A DNA stretch of 64,000 nt from an uncultured Armatimonadetes bacterium (GCA_963716175.1 OY970296.1:2400001-2464000); one strand, 5' to 3'; shown: positions 26,802-37,445, numbered from the stretch's first letter. The notes: generated by a model from the sequence alone, not told the origin. Made by a program: numbers and translations.

Positions 26802-27695
26802 ATGAGACGGCTGATGTCACAGACCTGGGCGGTGGTGGTCGCGGCCTATCGCGCCTATGGCTCGCACGGATGCTCCATCATGGCCGCTGCTACCGCCTTC
26901 TACTCCCTGCTTTCCCTGGTGCCCCTGGCGCTGCTGGCGATCTCCATCTTCGGGCATTTCCTGGGGGCAGAGGAAGCGCACCGCAAGGTGGTCAGCCTGG
27001 TGCAGGCGGCCGTGCCGGGGTCTAGCCAGCCGCTGGTGGGCGCGATCCGGATCATCGCCAGCAAAGGGAGCCGTTGGTTCGTCAACCTGGTCGCTCTGTT
27101 CGGGCTGCTCTGGTCCGGTCTGAGCTTGCTGAGCAATCTCTCCCTCTTCCTCACCCGCGCCTGGACGGGCCAACCTGGAGGTCGCACCTTCGTGGGACGA
27201 AGGCTGATCGCGCTCGCCGCTCTCGCCGCCGCGGGCATCGTCTTCTTCCTCACGGTGGTCTTCACCAGCGTCGTCTCATCTTTCAGAGACCACCCCGAGA
27301 GACTGGGCGCCCTCTCTCGCCTCGTGCTGGATCTCAACGTGCCGCTGAACTGGGTAGTCTACGGCCTGATCAATGTCGCCATGTTCTTCCTGCTCTATCG
27401 CTTTCTGCCCGCGGCCGAGGTGTCAGCCCGCGCCGCCCTGGTGGGCGCCCTCCCCGCGGCTGTGCTCTGGCACTTCTCGCGCGCTCTGTTCGGCCTGCTG
27501 GTCACCAGCAGTAGTCGCTACGGGCATGTCTACGGTCCCCTGGCCGGCGTGGTGATCTTCCTGCTCTGGGTCTACTACTCGGCCATGATCCTGTTTTTCT
27601 GCGCTGAGATTGCAGCCGCCTATCAGCAGCAGCACGGCCAGGGCCCAGTGGTATCGCGGGGCCGCGCTCCCGCGCCGCGACTGGGTCAGCGGTGA
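26802..27695 (+). CDS. YihY/BrkB-family membrane protein
   Basis: AAATAFYSLLSLVP and YG.LAGVVIFLLWVYYSA.I.FF.AE. Confidence 0.9.
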   Translation: MRRLMSQTWAVVVAAYRAYGSHGCSIMAAATAFYSLLSLVPLALLAISIFGHFLGAEEAHRKVVSLVQAAVPGSSQPLVGAIRIIASKGSRWFVNLVALFGLLWSGLSLLSNLSLFLTRAWTGQPGGRTFVGRRLIALAALAAAGIVFFLTVVFTSVVSSFRDHPERLGALSRLVLDLNVPLNWVVYGLINVAMFFLLYRFLPAAEVSARAALVGALPAAVLWHFSRALFGLLVTSSSRYGHVYGPLAGVVIFLLWVYYSAMILFFCAEIAAAYQQQHGQGPVVSRGRAPAPRLGQR

Positions 27696-27793
27696 AGGTG
27701 TGGCGCCGGGAGTGGTGGAATAGCGGCGCCTGATGCCTGGCAGGAGGCAAGTCGCCTGAGGCGACTAAAGTTCCTGCCCAACGAGGAGAACCG

Positions 27794-29116
27794 ATGCTGA
27801 AGATCGCTTTTGTTGGTGCTGGCAGCCTGGGCTTCACCCGAACCCTGGTGACTGACATGATGTCATATCAGGACCTGGCGGGCTCGACCATCTCCCTCAC
27901 TGATGTCCACGAGCCGCGGCTCAGCTCTGCCAAGCGGGCGGTGGAGCGGATCATGGAGGTGGGCAAGTATCCCGCGAAAGTGACCGCCACCACGGACCGG
28001 GCGAAAGGGCTGGAGGGCGCGGATATCGTCGTCGTCACCATCCTCGCCCATGGGGTGGATGGGTTCCGGCCCGAGATCGAAATCCCGATGAAGTACGGCG
28101 TGGACTTCAACGTGGGCGACAGCTACGGCACCGCGGCCGTGTTCCGCTCCCTGCGCACCATTCCCATGATGGTGGATATCTGTCGCGACATGGAGAAGTA
28201 CGCGCCCCAGGCCTACATGCTCAACTACACCAACCCCATGACCATGCTCTGCCGGGCGATGCAGCGCGCTAGCGCAGTGAAGCTCGTGGGGCTCTGCCAC
28301 AGCGTGCAGGGGTTGGGCGCCATGCTGGGAAGGTGGATCGGCGCTCCGCCAGAGGAGATCGTGTGCGAGTGCGCCGGCATCAACCACCAGGCCTGGGCGC
28401 TGCGCTTCGAGTGGAACGGCAAGAACGCCTATCCGCTCTTGCGCAAGGCGGTGGAGAAACCCGAGATCTGGCGCAAGGACATCGTGCGCAACGAGATCTT
28501 CAAGGCCCTCGGCTATTACGTCACCGAGTCCAGCGGCCACAACTCCGAGTATGTCTGGTGGTTCCGCAAGCGCCCGGACCTGATCGAGAGGTTCTGCACC
28601 CACGGCGAGGACTGGAACCCCGGGGTGCACGCCTACATTCTGGACGAGTATCAGGAGAGCGCCGAGACCTGGCAGAAGGAGTTGGAGGACTACTCCGAGG
28701 GCCGGGTGGAGATCAGGTTGGGCCGCTCCCACGAGTACGCCTCCCTCATCACCCGGGGCCTGCTGTTCGGCGAGCTGTGCAAGTTCAACGGCACCGTCCC
28801 CAATCACGGCGCGATCAGCAACCTGCCCTGCGATGCCGCTGTCGAAGTGCCGGTGATCGCGGACAAGTCGGGTCTCCAGGCAATCAACGTGGGTGCGCTC
28901 CCTCATCAGCTCGCGGCCCTCAACCAACTTCACACCAACATCGTGGAGCTGACCGTGGAGGCCGCGCTCACCGGCAATCCCGAGCCCGTCTACCACGCTT
29001 GCTACCTCGATCCCGTGGCCGCCGCCAAGTGCTCACTGGAGGAGATCAAGCAGATGGTGGATGAGCTGTTCCAGGTGCAGACGCCGCTGATGCCGCAGTT
29101 CAAGCACCTGAGCTGA
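27794..29116 (+). CDS. melA: GH4 NAD-dependent alpha-galactosidase/glucosidase (MelA-like)
   Basis: KIAFVGAGS, LNYTNPM, GLCHSVQ, AGINHQAW and TESSGHNSEY. Confidence 0.9.
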   Translation: MLKIAFVGAGSLGFTRTLVTDMMSYQDLAGSTISLTDVHEPRLSSAKRAVERIMEVGKYPAKVTATTDRAKGLEGADIVVVTILAHGVDGFRPEIEIPMKYGVDFNVGDSYGTAAVFRSLRTIPMMVDICRDMEKYAPQAYMLNYTNPMTMLCRAMQRASAVKLVGLCHSVQGLGAMLGRWIGAPPEEIVCECAGINHQAWALRFEWNGKNAYPLLRKAVEKPEIWRKDIVRNEIFKALGYYVTESSGHNSEYVWWFRKRPDLIERFCTHGEDWNPGVHAYILDEYQESAETWQKELEDYSEGRVEIRLGRSHEYASLITRGLLFGELCKFNGTVPNHGAISNLPCDAAVEVPVIADKSGLQAINVGALPHQLAALNQLHTNIVELTVEAALTGNPEPVYHACYLDPVAAAKCSLEEIKQMVDELFQVQTPLMPQFKHLS

Positions 29117-29164
29117 AAGAACGGCGCGTCCGTCCACAGATGAACGCAGATTGGGGCAGATCGT

Positions 29165-29191
29165 GCGGAGTCCGCCTCAGGCGGACTCCGC
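29165..29191. repeat. Perfect 12-bp hairpin in a repeat-rich intergenic region
   Basis: GCGGAGTCCGCC-TCA-GGCGGACTCCGC. Confidence 0.7.
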
Positions 29192-29360
29192 GGTCCTTGT
29201 TCGTACTTATCTGGTTGATCGGCGGTCGACGGCTGCTCAATAGTGGCGTGGGTTTGTCACGAGCGTAGCGAGGGACAACCCGCGCAAGGGCGAGCAGGAT
29301 TCTTCCGCCCTCTCTCCGTAAACTTCGTTACCCTGTACGCAAGATTCACGGGAGGCAGTC

Positions 29361-30293
29361 ATGAGCAGACCGTTGAGTGTGGTAGCGAATGGGTGGTGGG
29401 ACTACACCACCCTGGATCGGGAGATTCTGGACGACGCCGCGAAGCTGACGCCGGAAGACATGCTCGGCCTTTCCCGCCCCGGCTTCGAGGTGGCATTCTA
29501 CGATACTCTGGAGAGCTTCTACCTGGCCGAGGCGCTGGAGTACATCGAGGCCTGGTCGCAGGCTACGGAAGAGAACCCCGCGGGAATCTGTGGGCCCATT
29601 GGCCCCACCGAGCAGTTGCCGCTCGTCGCGCAGCTCGTGAATGCCTGGAAGCTCCACCTGGGCCACGCCCACTTCTGGGGGATGGACGAGTGGTATCTGC
29701 ACGGCCGAGAGGTCAGCGCCGACCATCCCCTCAGTTTCGAGCGGGCCGACCGAGAGCTGTGCTTCAACCGCATTGATCCAGAGTTGGTGATGCCGGATGC
29801 CAACCTGCATTTCCCGAAGGCGAGCACTCTGGCAGCTTACAGCGCCAGCTTCGACCGGGTGCGGTGCGTGGTGATGCAAGGGGGCCAGGGGGAGGTGAAG
29901 CATTGGGCCTTCAATGATCCGCCGCGCAGGGAGGGGGCCTACACGGAAACGCCGCCCCCGCCGGAGGAATACCTGAAGCTCAAGGCGCGGGTGGTTGACT
30001 TGCACCCCATGACTATCATCCAGAATGCCCGCACCTCCGGCGGCGGGAAAGTCGCCGACGTGCCCACCCAGGCCCTGAGCGTGGGGCCGGTCGAGACCTG
30101 GAAGGCGGAGCGCGTCTCCATCTGGCAGGCGGGGAACCACGACAATCCGTTCGGGATGCGGCTTACCACGCTCATGATCGCCAAGAAGATCCCCGACTCG
30201 TCGGTTCCGATGTCGCTGCTGGCGCTCCACCCCAATGTACGGTTCAGCTTCTACGCGCCCGGCATCGGGACTTGCGAGGCCGAGATGCACTAG
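29361..30293 (+). CDS. Glucosamine-6-phosphate deaminase/isomerase-like protein (NagB fold)
   Basis: PIGPT, FWGMDEW, HPLSF, GGQG...HWAFNDP and VPTQA.SVG. Confidence 0.8.
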   Translation: MSRPLSVVANGWWDYTTLDREILDDAAKLTPEDMLGLSRPGFEVAFYDTLESFYLAEALEYIEAWSQATEENPAGICGPIGPTEQLPLVAQLVNAWKLHLGHAHFWGMDEWYLHGREVSADHPLSFERADRELCFNRIDPELVMPDANLHFPKASTLAAYSASFDRVRCVVMQGGQGEVKHWAFNDPPRREGAYTETPPPPEEYLKLKARVVDLHPMTIIQNARTSGGGKVADVPTQALSVGPVETWKAERVSIWQAGNHDNPFGMRLTTLMIAKKIPDSSVPMSLLALHPNVRFSFYAPGIGTCEAEMH

Positions 30294-30337
30294 GCATCAC
30301 GCCCTTTTAGTGCGTGCGGAAAAAGCGAGCAGTCACA

Positions 30338-32314
30338 ATGAAGAAACTGGCCTGGGGGATCATCGGCACCGGCCATATCGCCCATACCTTCGCCCAGGGA
30401 TTGGCGGCCTCTAAGACCGGCCGGCTGGTCGCGGTGGGCAGTCGCACCCAGGCTGGGGCCGACAGTTTCGGAGACCATGTCGGGGTGCCGAGCCGCTACG
30501 GCAGCTACCAGGCCCTGCTCGCCGATCAGGAAGTGGAGGCCGTCTACATCTCGACACCCCATCCTATGCACGCGGAATGGGCGATCAAGGCGGCCGAGGC
30601 CGGCAAGCACATCCTCTGCGAGAAGCCGATTGGCCTCAACCACGCGGAGGCGATGGCCATTGTTCAGGCCGCCCGCCGGCACGACGCTTTCCTGATGGAA
30701 GCATTCATGTACCGCTGCCATCCCCAGATCGCCAGGCTGGCCCAACTGATCCGGCAGAAGGCGATAGGCGAAGTGCGCGTGATCCAGGCCACCTTCAGCT
30801 TCCACGCGGGCTTCGATCCGGAGAGTCGGCTCTTCAATCACGCCCTGGGAGGCGGAGGCATTCTCGATGTCGGCTGCTATTGCACCTCTATGGCGCGGCT
30901 GATCGCCGGGGCCGCTCTGGGCCAGGACTTCGCCGAGCCTATCGCGGTGAAGGGGACCGCGCGCATCGGGGAGAGCCGAGTGGATGAGTACGCTCTCGCC
31001 ACTCTCACTTTCCCGGGCGACATCCTGGCCCAGCTCTCCACCGGCGTGGGGCTGAGCCAGGAGAACGTGGTCCGCATCTTCGGCTCCGAGGGCTGGCTTC
31101 TGCTTCCCTCTCCCTGGTTTGGGGGCAGCCGGGCCAAGATCATGCTGCATCGAGGCGGCGAGTCAAAGACGATGATCGTGCGCTCCAGCCGCAGCCCTTA
31201 TGCGCTCGAGGCGGACACGGTGGCGGCCAACATCGAGCGGAGGCAGGCGCGGCCGCCGGCGATGACCTGGGATGACACTCTGGGGAACATGGCGACGCTC
31301 GACCGCTGGCGAGAGTCCATCGGCCTGGTCTACGATGCCGAGAAGCCGGAGGCGGTGGGGCCGGTGGCCAACCGGCCGCTTGCGGCAGCAAGGGATAGCA
31401 AGATGCAGTACGGCCGCATCGAGGGGGTGGAGCAACCGGTCTCCCGGTTGGTGATGGGGGTGTTCACACAGAGGGGAATGCCGCACACCGCGGTGATGCT
31501 CGACGACTACTTCGAGCGCGGCGGCAACTGCTTCGATACCGCCCACATCTATGGCGGGGGGCTCTGCGAACGCTTGCTCGGGCAGTGGATCAGGAATCGG
31601 GGGCTGCGCCAGCAGGTGGTGATCTTCGACAAAGGGGCCCACACACCCCATTGCACCCCCGAGTATCTGAGAAGCCAGCTCATGGAGAGCCTGGACCGGC
31701 TGCAGGTGGACTACGTGGACATCCTGATGGCTCACCGCGACAACCCGGAGATCCCGGTGGGCGAGTTCGTGGAGGCCTTCAATGAGCTGAAGCGGGCCGG
31801 TTACGTTCGCGCCTTCGGCGGATCGAACTGGTCTCTGGCGCGGGTCGAGGCGGGTAACGCGTACGCCGGGGCCAAGGGGCTGGTCGGCTTCTCGGCGGTG
31901 AGCAACAACTTCAGCCTGGCGCGCATGGTCGAGCCCGTCTGGGAGGGGTGCCTCGCCTCATCGGATGCCGAATCGCGGGCCTGGTTCACCAGGAGTCAAA
32001 TGCCGCTGATGGCCTGGTCCAGCCAGGCGCGCGGGTTCTTCGTCGTGGGCGATCGCGAGCATCTCTCGGACCCAGAGCTCGTCCGCTGCTGGTACCGCGA
32101 GGATAACTTCCAGCGGCTGGAGCGGGCGAAGGAGCTGGCCAGGAAGAAAGCTGTCCAACCCATCAACATCGCTCTTGCCTACGTGCTCTGCCAGCCCTTC
32201 CCGACTTTCGCGCTGATCGGGCCCCAGACCCTGGAGGAGACCGACATCGCGTTCCGCGGTCTGGAGGTGGAGCTGACGTCGGAGGAGATAAGCTGGCTGA
32301 ACCTGGAGGAGTAG
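30338..32314 (+). CDS. Gfo/Idh/MocA oxidoreductase fused to an aldo/keto reductase
   Basis: WGIIGTG, LCEKP and GGGILDVGCY, then FDTAHIYG, FGGSNW and WSSQARG. Confidence 0.9.
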   Translation: MKKLAWGIIGTGHIAHTFAQGLAASKTGRLVAVGSRTQAGADSFGDHVGVPSRYGSYQALLADQEVEAVYISTPHPMHAEWAIKAAEAGKHILCEKPIGLNHAEAMAIVQAARRHDAFLMEAFMYRCHPQIARLAQLIRQKAIGEVRVIQATFSFHAGFDPESRLFNHALGGGGILDVGCYCTSMARLIAGAALGQDFAEPIAVKGTARIGESRVDEYALATLTFPGDILAQLSTGVGLSQENVVRIFGSEGWLLLPSPWFGGSRAKIMLHRGGESKTMIVRSSRSPYALEADTVAANIERRQARPPAMTWDDTLGNMATLDRWRESIGLVYDAEKPEAVGPVANRPLAAARDSKMQYGRIEGVEQPVSRLVMGVFTQRGMPHTAVMLDDYFERGGNCFDTAHIYGGGLCERLLGQWIRNRGLRQQVVIFDKGAHTPHCTPEYLRSQLMESLDRLQVDYVDILMAHRDNPEIPVGEFVEAFNELKRAGYVRAFGGSNWSLARVEAGNAYAGAKGLVGFSAVSNNFSLARMVEPVWEGCLASSDAESRAWFTRSQMPLMAWSSQARGFFVVGDREHLSDPELVRCWYREDNFQRLERAKELARKKAVQPINIALAYVLCQPFPTFALIGPQTLEETDIAFRGLEVELTSEEISWLNLEE

Positions 32315-32334
32315 GGGAGGTCCGCGACCTGCCC
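32311..32334 (+). repeat. GTAG-type REP palindrome (class 1)
   Basis: GTAGGGGAGGTCCGCGACCTGCCC, same family as 39036-39102; its TAG is the upstream stop codon. Confidence 0.75.
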
Positions 32335-32345
32335 CTGGTACTGAT

Positions 32346-33497
32346 ATGACCCCCAAGGAACGCGTGACGGCCGCATTCGAGGGCCGGCCCGCCGACAAAG
32401 TGCCGGTGCACCACATCGGGACCTGCTCCCAGGTGGCCTCGGCGCTGCTTGGCCGCGAGGCCTACGTCGGCGGCGGCATTCAGCAGTGGCGGGAGGCGGT
32501 GGCCTGGTGGCAAGGGGAGGACGCTCACGCCGAGTTCGTCGAGCGCTCGTTCCAGGACGCCATGGCCTTTGCCCGCGTGTGCGAGAACGACATCGTGCGC
32601 CCCAGCTATTGGCGCTACAACGTCAAGCCCACCAAGCTGCTGGATGAGAACACCTTCCTCTACGAGTACGGCGAGGAAGCCCACTGGCGCGTGCTGCGCT
32701 ACGATCCACCCAGCGAGCAGTGTGCCTTGTTCTCTCATCTGCCGGGGAAGCCGCTCACCTTCGAGGACATAGCAGCGGACCTGGAGGCACAGGAGAAGGC
32801 GATCGCCGATTACCGTCCGCACGCGAGGTCCTATGAGTTCGAGATTCGCGCGCAGAAGCTGCTGGGCGATCAGTATGCCGTGCGTGTGGGCGCCGCGAGC
32901 ATCGGCCTTCCCCTGGATGACCACACTGTCTGGTTCGAGGCCCTGATCCTGCGCCCTGACCTGGTGGCCCGGCACCTCGACCTGCAAGTCGAGCAGGCCA
33001 GGCGAACGGTGGCCTTCCTCGCCTCCCTGGGCTTTCAGTACTTCTTCGGCGGCGGGGATTTCGCTTCCAATCATGGACCGATGTACTCACCTCGCCATTT
33101 CCGCGAGCTGGTCGTGCCGCGGCTGCGCCAGGTCTCGGAAATCTGCCACCAGCATGGCGGCTGCCACCTGTTCGCCAGCGATGGCGACCTCTGGCCCGTG
33201 GCCGGCGATCTCTTCGGCGAGGCCGGGGTGGACGGCTTCTACGAGGTTGATCGGCGCGCGGGCATGGATCTCCGGAAGCTGCACGACCGATTCCCGGGGC
33301 TCACCACCATTGGCAATATCTCGTCTCACACCCTCCATCTTGGCGCCAGGGAGGAGGTGGTGCGCGAGACGGAGGAGGCGATCGGTGAGAGCAAGCGCTT
33401 CAGCAAGACCATCGTCGGGGTGTCCAACTACCTGGTGCCTGGCACGCCTATCGAGAACGTGATGGCCATGCTCGAAACCATACACGGCCAGCGGTGA
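32346..33497 (+). CDS. URO-D superfamily protein
   Basis: MTPKERV..A..G...DKVP, GGDFA...GPMYSP..FRE, SDG and TPIENV.AM. Confidence 0.85.
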   Translation: MTPKERVTAAFEGRPADKVPVHHIGTCSQVASALLGREAYVGGGIQQWREAVAWWQGEDAHAEFVERSFQDAMAFARVCENDIVRPSYWRYNVKPTKLLDENTFLYEYGEEAHWRVLRYDPPSEQCALFSHLPGKPLTFEDIAADLEAQEKAIADYRPHARSYEFEIRAQKLLGDQYAVRVGAASIGLPLDDHTVWFEALILRPDLVARHLDLQVEQARRTVAFLASLGFQYFFGGGDFASNHGPMYSPRHFRELVVPRLRQVSEICHQHGGCHLFASDGDLWPVAGDLFGEAGVDGFYEVDRRAGMDLRKLHDRFPGLTTIGNISSHTLHLGAREEVVRETEEAIGESKRFSKTIVGVSNYLVPGTPIENVMAMLETIHGQR

Positions 33498-33509
33498 GCG
33501 TACTGTCTC

Positions 33510-34694
33510 ATGCCGCAAGCAGCGGACAGCGGGCCGGTTACACGTCGCGGGTTCCTCCAGGGCATCGCCGCCGGGCTGCTGATGGCAACCGTCCCAACGG
33601 CCTGGGATGCTTCATCCCGGGAGAAGGAGAACAGAGCAATGGCTGCTGAGAACCAGTCCTGGAACGTACGCGATTTCGGCGCAAAAGGTGATGGCAAGAC
33701 CGACGACACTACCGCCATCCAGTGCGCTCTCGATGCCGCGACCAAGACACAGGCCACCGTCGTGGTGCCCGAGGGAGTCTTCCTTTGCTCCGCCTTGAAG
33801 TTGCATCCCCAGGTGGGACTGGTGGGCGCTCCCACCTGGAGCTACCAGAAGCCCGGTGGAGCCGTGATTCGTCTCAATGACGACAAGGCGCGCTGCCTGC
33901 TGGACATGACCGGTGCCATCGGCGCCACCGTGAGCGGCCTCTCGCTTGACGGCCAGGGCCTGGGAGAGGGCATTCACGGCATTCTGGTGGACAAGCCTGA
34001 GTACAAGGTGGAGGACTCGTTCCGCATCGAGCGTTGCCAGATCGGCCGCTTCACCGGGGATGGCGTGCGGCTCGACCGCATCTGGTGCTTCAGCATGAGA
34101 CACAACATGATCTGCTACAACAAGGAGAACGGCCTGCGCATCAGGGGCTGGGACGGCTTCCTGCTCGACAACTGGTTCTCTGGAAACGGCCAGGCCGGCT
34201 TCGGCGCCTATGAAGAGAATGCTTCCATCACCCTGGTCGCCAATCGCATTGAGTGGAACCGCAGTGGCGGCGTGATCGTCCACAGCGGCAACCACTATCA
34301 CATCACCAGCAACTTCATTGATCGTTCGGGCGGCCCCGGCATCGCCTTGCTGGACTCCGACGGTCCCTCCTCCACGATCTCCATTGTGGGCAATCTGATC
34401 CACCGCAGTGGCGCGCCCTGGCGAGAGCTGGACCCCCACGACAGCTCCCACGTCCGGTTCGAGGGGTGCCACGGTCTGGTCTTCAGCGGCAACGCCATGA
34501 GCGTGGGCCAGGATGACCGCGGCCGGGGCAAGTGGTCTCCTCGCTACGCCATCGTCTACGGCCGCCTCGAGAACTCGGTGATCAAAGACAACGTGATGCA
34601 TCACGCGGCCCTGGAGCAGCTCATGGTGGATCTGGGCGGCCACAAGGAGGGGGTGGTGGTCAAAGACAACGTCGGCAGCGTTCGCGCTCTGTAG
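33510..34694 (+). CDS. TAT-exported right-handed beta-helix protein (pectin lyase fold); possible second start at 33639
   Basis: TRRGFL leader; NVRDFGAKGDGKTDDT.AIQ.ALD; Asn-rich beta-helix repeats. Confidence 0.85.
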   Translation: MPQAADSGPVTRRGFLQGIAAGLLMATVPTAWDASSREKENRAMAAENQSWNVRDFGAKGDGKTDDTTAIQCALDAATKTQATVVVPEGVFLCSALKLHPQVGLVGAPTWSYQKPGGAVIRLNDDKARCLLDMTGAIGATVSGLSLDGQGLGEGIHGILVDKPEYKVEDSFRIERCQIGRFTGDGVRLDRIWCFSMRHNMICYNKENGLRIRGWDGFLLDNWFSGNGQAGFGAYEENASITLVANRIEWNRSGGVIVHSGNHYHITSNFIDRSGGPGIALLDSDGPSSTISIVGNLIHRSGAPWRELDPHDSSHVRFEGCHGLVFSGNAMSVGQDDRGRGKWSPRYAIVYGRLENSVIKDNVMHHAALEQLMVDLGGHKEGVVVKDNVGSVRAL

Positions 34695-34758
34695 AGTGTA
34701 TCGCGGATGTGCCCGCCGCGCGTGGGCGAGTGCAGGCTTGCGCGCTGCGAGGTAGCGG

Positions 34759-34778
34759 GGCAGGAGCAAGCTCCTGCC
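34759..34778. repeat. REP-like hairpin
   Basis: GGCAGGAG-CAAG-CTCCTGCC; near-identical copy at 59230-59250. Confidence 0.65.
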
Positions 34779-34850
34779 GAACGGGTTTTGCGATGCACTC
34801 TGTGGGGCAGCCTCTCCCGACGCTGCCAGGCGCAGTCGGGAGATGAGGCC

Positions 34851-37445
34851 CTACAACGCCGTGATGGTCAGTGTCGCGCCCGACCTGATCGTGACCGGCC
34901 TTGCGAACTCCACAGCTTCCTGGTCCCATGCTTTCACCGGCGCGGCCCGCCGGCCAAGCGCCGCGGTTACCCTGCGGGCGCGGCGCAGCACCCCGGGCAG
35001 CTCCACTCGCCGCAGCCGCAGCGATCCCCGGGTCGTGGTGATCGCAGCGGCGGCTCTTCGTGTCCCGAGGCGCTGCCGGTAGGTCCCCCAGCCGGACCCG
35101 ACGCACCAGAAGCAAGTGAAGTCCTCCCCGTGCAGCCGCGGCTGGAACCGGATGCGCTGATCGGGGGCGGAGTAATGGAACCCGCTCAGGGCCAGCAGCA
35201 GGGCGTAGCTGGCCATCGCTCTGGCGTAGTGGTGCCCGCACTCGATCTCGTCCCAGGGGTTGCGACGGCCGCCGTCGTGGCGGTCTCGCGCGCCCTTGAC
35301 CATGGCCAGCCCTTCGTCCACCAGCCCCTCATAGATCAGGTGACTGGCGACTTGATACTCGACCCCGGTCCACACCTCGTCACTGTAGAAGAAGGGATCG
35401 GCCGGCCTGCCGCCGAGAGGCCAGGAGCAGAGGATGAGGCCTCTCTCATCATCCGCGGCATAGATGCGTTGGGGATTGTCGTGACTGATGAACTCCTCCC
35501 GCCAGTTGTGACTGAAGATGGCCGCCAGTGCTCGCTTGACATGCGTGGGATCGAGCAGGTGGCCCAGCCCCAGCATGGTCGCATACCACTGGCCGATGAC
35601 CTGATCGGAGAGACAGCCGCGCCCGTACTGGTACTTGGGCTCGCCATCCGCCGCGACCGGCGAGGCCGGGCTCGCCGGATCCCTGGGCGCATCGCGGTTG
35701 ACCTGCTGCTCGTAGTACTCGCCGTTGAACAGGTGCCGGTCAACCCAGGCGCGGCCGGACTCGAATAGGCGGCGATAGTCTGCGGCCTGATCGCGCTCGC
35801 CGAACCGCACCGCGATCTCCTCCATGGCCCGGAGCGCGCCCAGGTAATAGCTGCCGAGCATGGAGTTCGGGCCCCAGAACTCGATGTCATAGGTATTGTG
35901 CTGCACCCCGTCCATCACCCCATCCTGGTCAGCATCCCAGTGCCGCCAGGTGTAGGCCATCGCCCGCTTCATCGCAGGCCAGATCCGCTTAAGGCAATCC
36001 TCGTCACCGCTGATCAGCCAATCCCGGTAGGCCCGCATGATCGTCCCGTGCTGGCCGTCTGCCGCGGCGTGGTAGCTGCGGTCGGCCCTGGTGCCCAAAG
36101 GCAGCGGCGTGCGGAAAGTCATATGGCCATCGTCGGCCGGGTCGTACCGGTAATGGGCCTCGCGCGCTCCGCGCTCCAGGGCCGGGAACAGATACGCAAG
36201 GGCCTGCGCGTAGTTCCAGACATGAGTGCAGGTCCCCGGGCAGCAACCCGCGCTATCATGGCACCCCTCGAAGCCCCAGAAGGTGCCGTCAGTCAGGCGC
36301 AGGCAGGTGGTAGTCTTCAGGATGCTGATCTGCGAGGCGATGGCGTCAAGCGCGGCCGCGGGCAGCGAGGAACCGAACAGGGCATCTTGGAAGGCGCGGC
36401 TCTCCTTCTCCAGCCGTCTCAGGTGCTTGCTGGCGTAACGAGCCACCTCCCATGCATCCTCCCAGACGGTCGCATAGTAGTTCCGCCACGTGGCCTGCCC
36501 GCCGTCCCCGCCCGGCTGCTGATAGTTGGGGAAGTGCCAGGCGATGACCACGGGGAGGGTGACCAGTTGACCTGGCTTCAGGTTGGCGTGAAGGGCCAGC
36601 GCGCCGATCCCGGTCTCGCCGGGCGCACTGGGGGAGAGGTCGTTCACGTCGGCGAGGCGGCCCGCGGCTTTGAAGGCCTCCCAGAACTGGTTCAGGCCAT
36701 CCAGGCCGAAGCCCTCCGGCCAGGTGGTGAGATAGGTCACGTTCCGCCACGGCGTGGCCAGCGCCATGCTCCCGAAGCGCGGGGAATCGGCCGGATGCTG
36801 CTGCGAGGTCATCCTCAGCCCCCGGAGCCCGGGCTCTGCTGCAAAGGCAGTCACGTTCTCACCCACCTCCGGCGTGCCGACCGCGTTCCGCAGGTTCGCG
36901 TTCAGGGCGATCCGGAGCGGCCGCCCGGCCACGTTGCGCAAGGTGTAGAGGAAGATGGCGGCGGGAATACTTGAGTCCAAGTCATTCCCTGGGATCAATG
37001 GGTTGAACGCCTCGAGCGTGACCTTGACCGGGAACCCGGGTTCGTCCAGCTGGACCGTAGCGAAGGGCATGCGCCCCGTGAAACTGCAGTGGCGGAAATG
37101 AGCCAGGCCCCCACCGGCCGCGCGATCGCCTCCATGGCCAGAGCCGATGAGAGAGCTGAGCCCGGGCCCCTTGAGCACCCGGCATTCGGGGCGGAGACGT
37201 GAACCAGGCTCACCGCTCGGCCTGACCCAGAGCGCGAAGAAAGACCCCGGAAGCTGCTGACCCTTGGCCGGCCTGTTGAAGATCTCCCAATCGCGCAGGG
37301 ACCCGTTCCCCGCCAGGGACACGCACCCGGTGCCGATCCCGCCGAGCGGGAACGCGATCTGCGCCAGCTGTGGGCCCCGGAAGGTGCGCGGCGGGCCGGT
37401 CTTCCGCAGTTCTTTGCGCGAAGCTGACAGTCTTGCGATGGCCAT
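34851..37445 (-). CDS. GH116 glycoside hydrolase (GBA2-like)
   Basis: FPLGGIGTG, WEIFNRP, GTCTHVWNYAQ, HNTYD, EVWTGVEY and ECGHHYARAM. Confidence 0.92.
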   Translation of the reverse strand: MAIARLSASRKELRKTGPPRTFRGPQLAQIAFPLGGIGTGCVSLAGNGSLRDWEIFNRPAKGQQLPGSFFALWVRPSGEPGSRLRPECRVLKGPGLSSLIGSGHGGDRAAGGGLAHFRHCSFTGRMPFATVQLDEPGFPVKVTLEAFNPLIPGNDLDSSIPAAIFLYTLRNVAGRPLRIALNANLRNAVGTPEVGENVTAFAAEPGLRGLRMTSQQHPADSPRFGSMALATPWRNVTYLTTWPEGFGLDGLNQFWEAFKAAGRLADVNDLSPSAPGETGIGALALHANLKPGQLVTLPVVIAWHFPNYQQPGGDGGQATWRNYYATVWEDAWEVARYASKHLRRLEKESRAFQDALFGSSLPAAALDAIASQISILKTTTCLRLTDGTFWGFEGCHDSAGCCPGTCTHVWNYAQALAYLFPALERGAREAHYRYDPADDGHMTFRTPLPLGTRADRSYHAAADGQHGTIMRAYRDWLISGDEDCLKRIWPAMKRAMAYTWRHWDADQDGVMDGVQHNTYDIEFWGPNSMLGSYYLGALRAMEEIAVRFGERDQAADYRRLFESGRAWVDRHLFNGEYYEQQVNRDAPRDPASPASPVAADGEPKYQYGRGCLSDQVIGQWYATMLGLGHLLDPTHVKRALAAIFSHNWREEFISHDNPQRIYAADDERGLILCSWPLGGRPADPFFYSDEVWTGVEYQVASHLIYEGLVDEGLAMVKGARDRHDGGRRNPWDEIECGHHYARAMASYALLLALSGFHYSAPDQRIRFQPRLHGEDFTCFWCVGSGWGTYRQRLGTRRAAAAITTTRGSLRLRRVELPGVLRRARRVTAALGRRAAPVKAWDQEAVEFARPVTIRSGATLTITAL

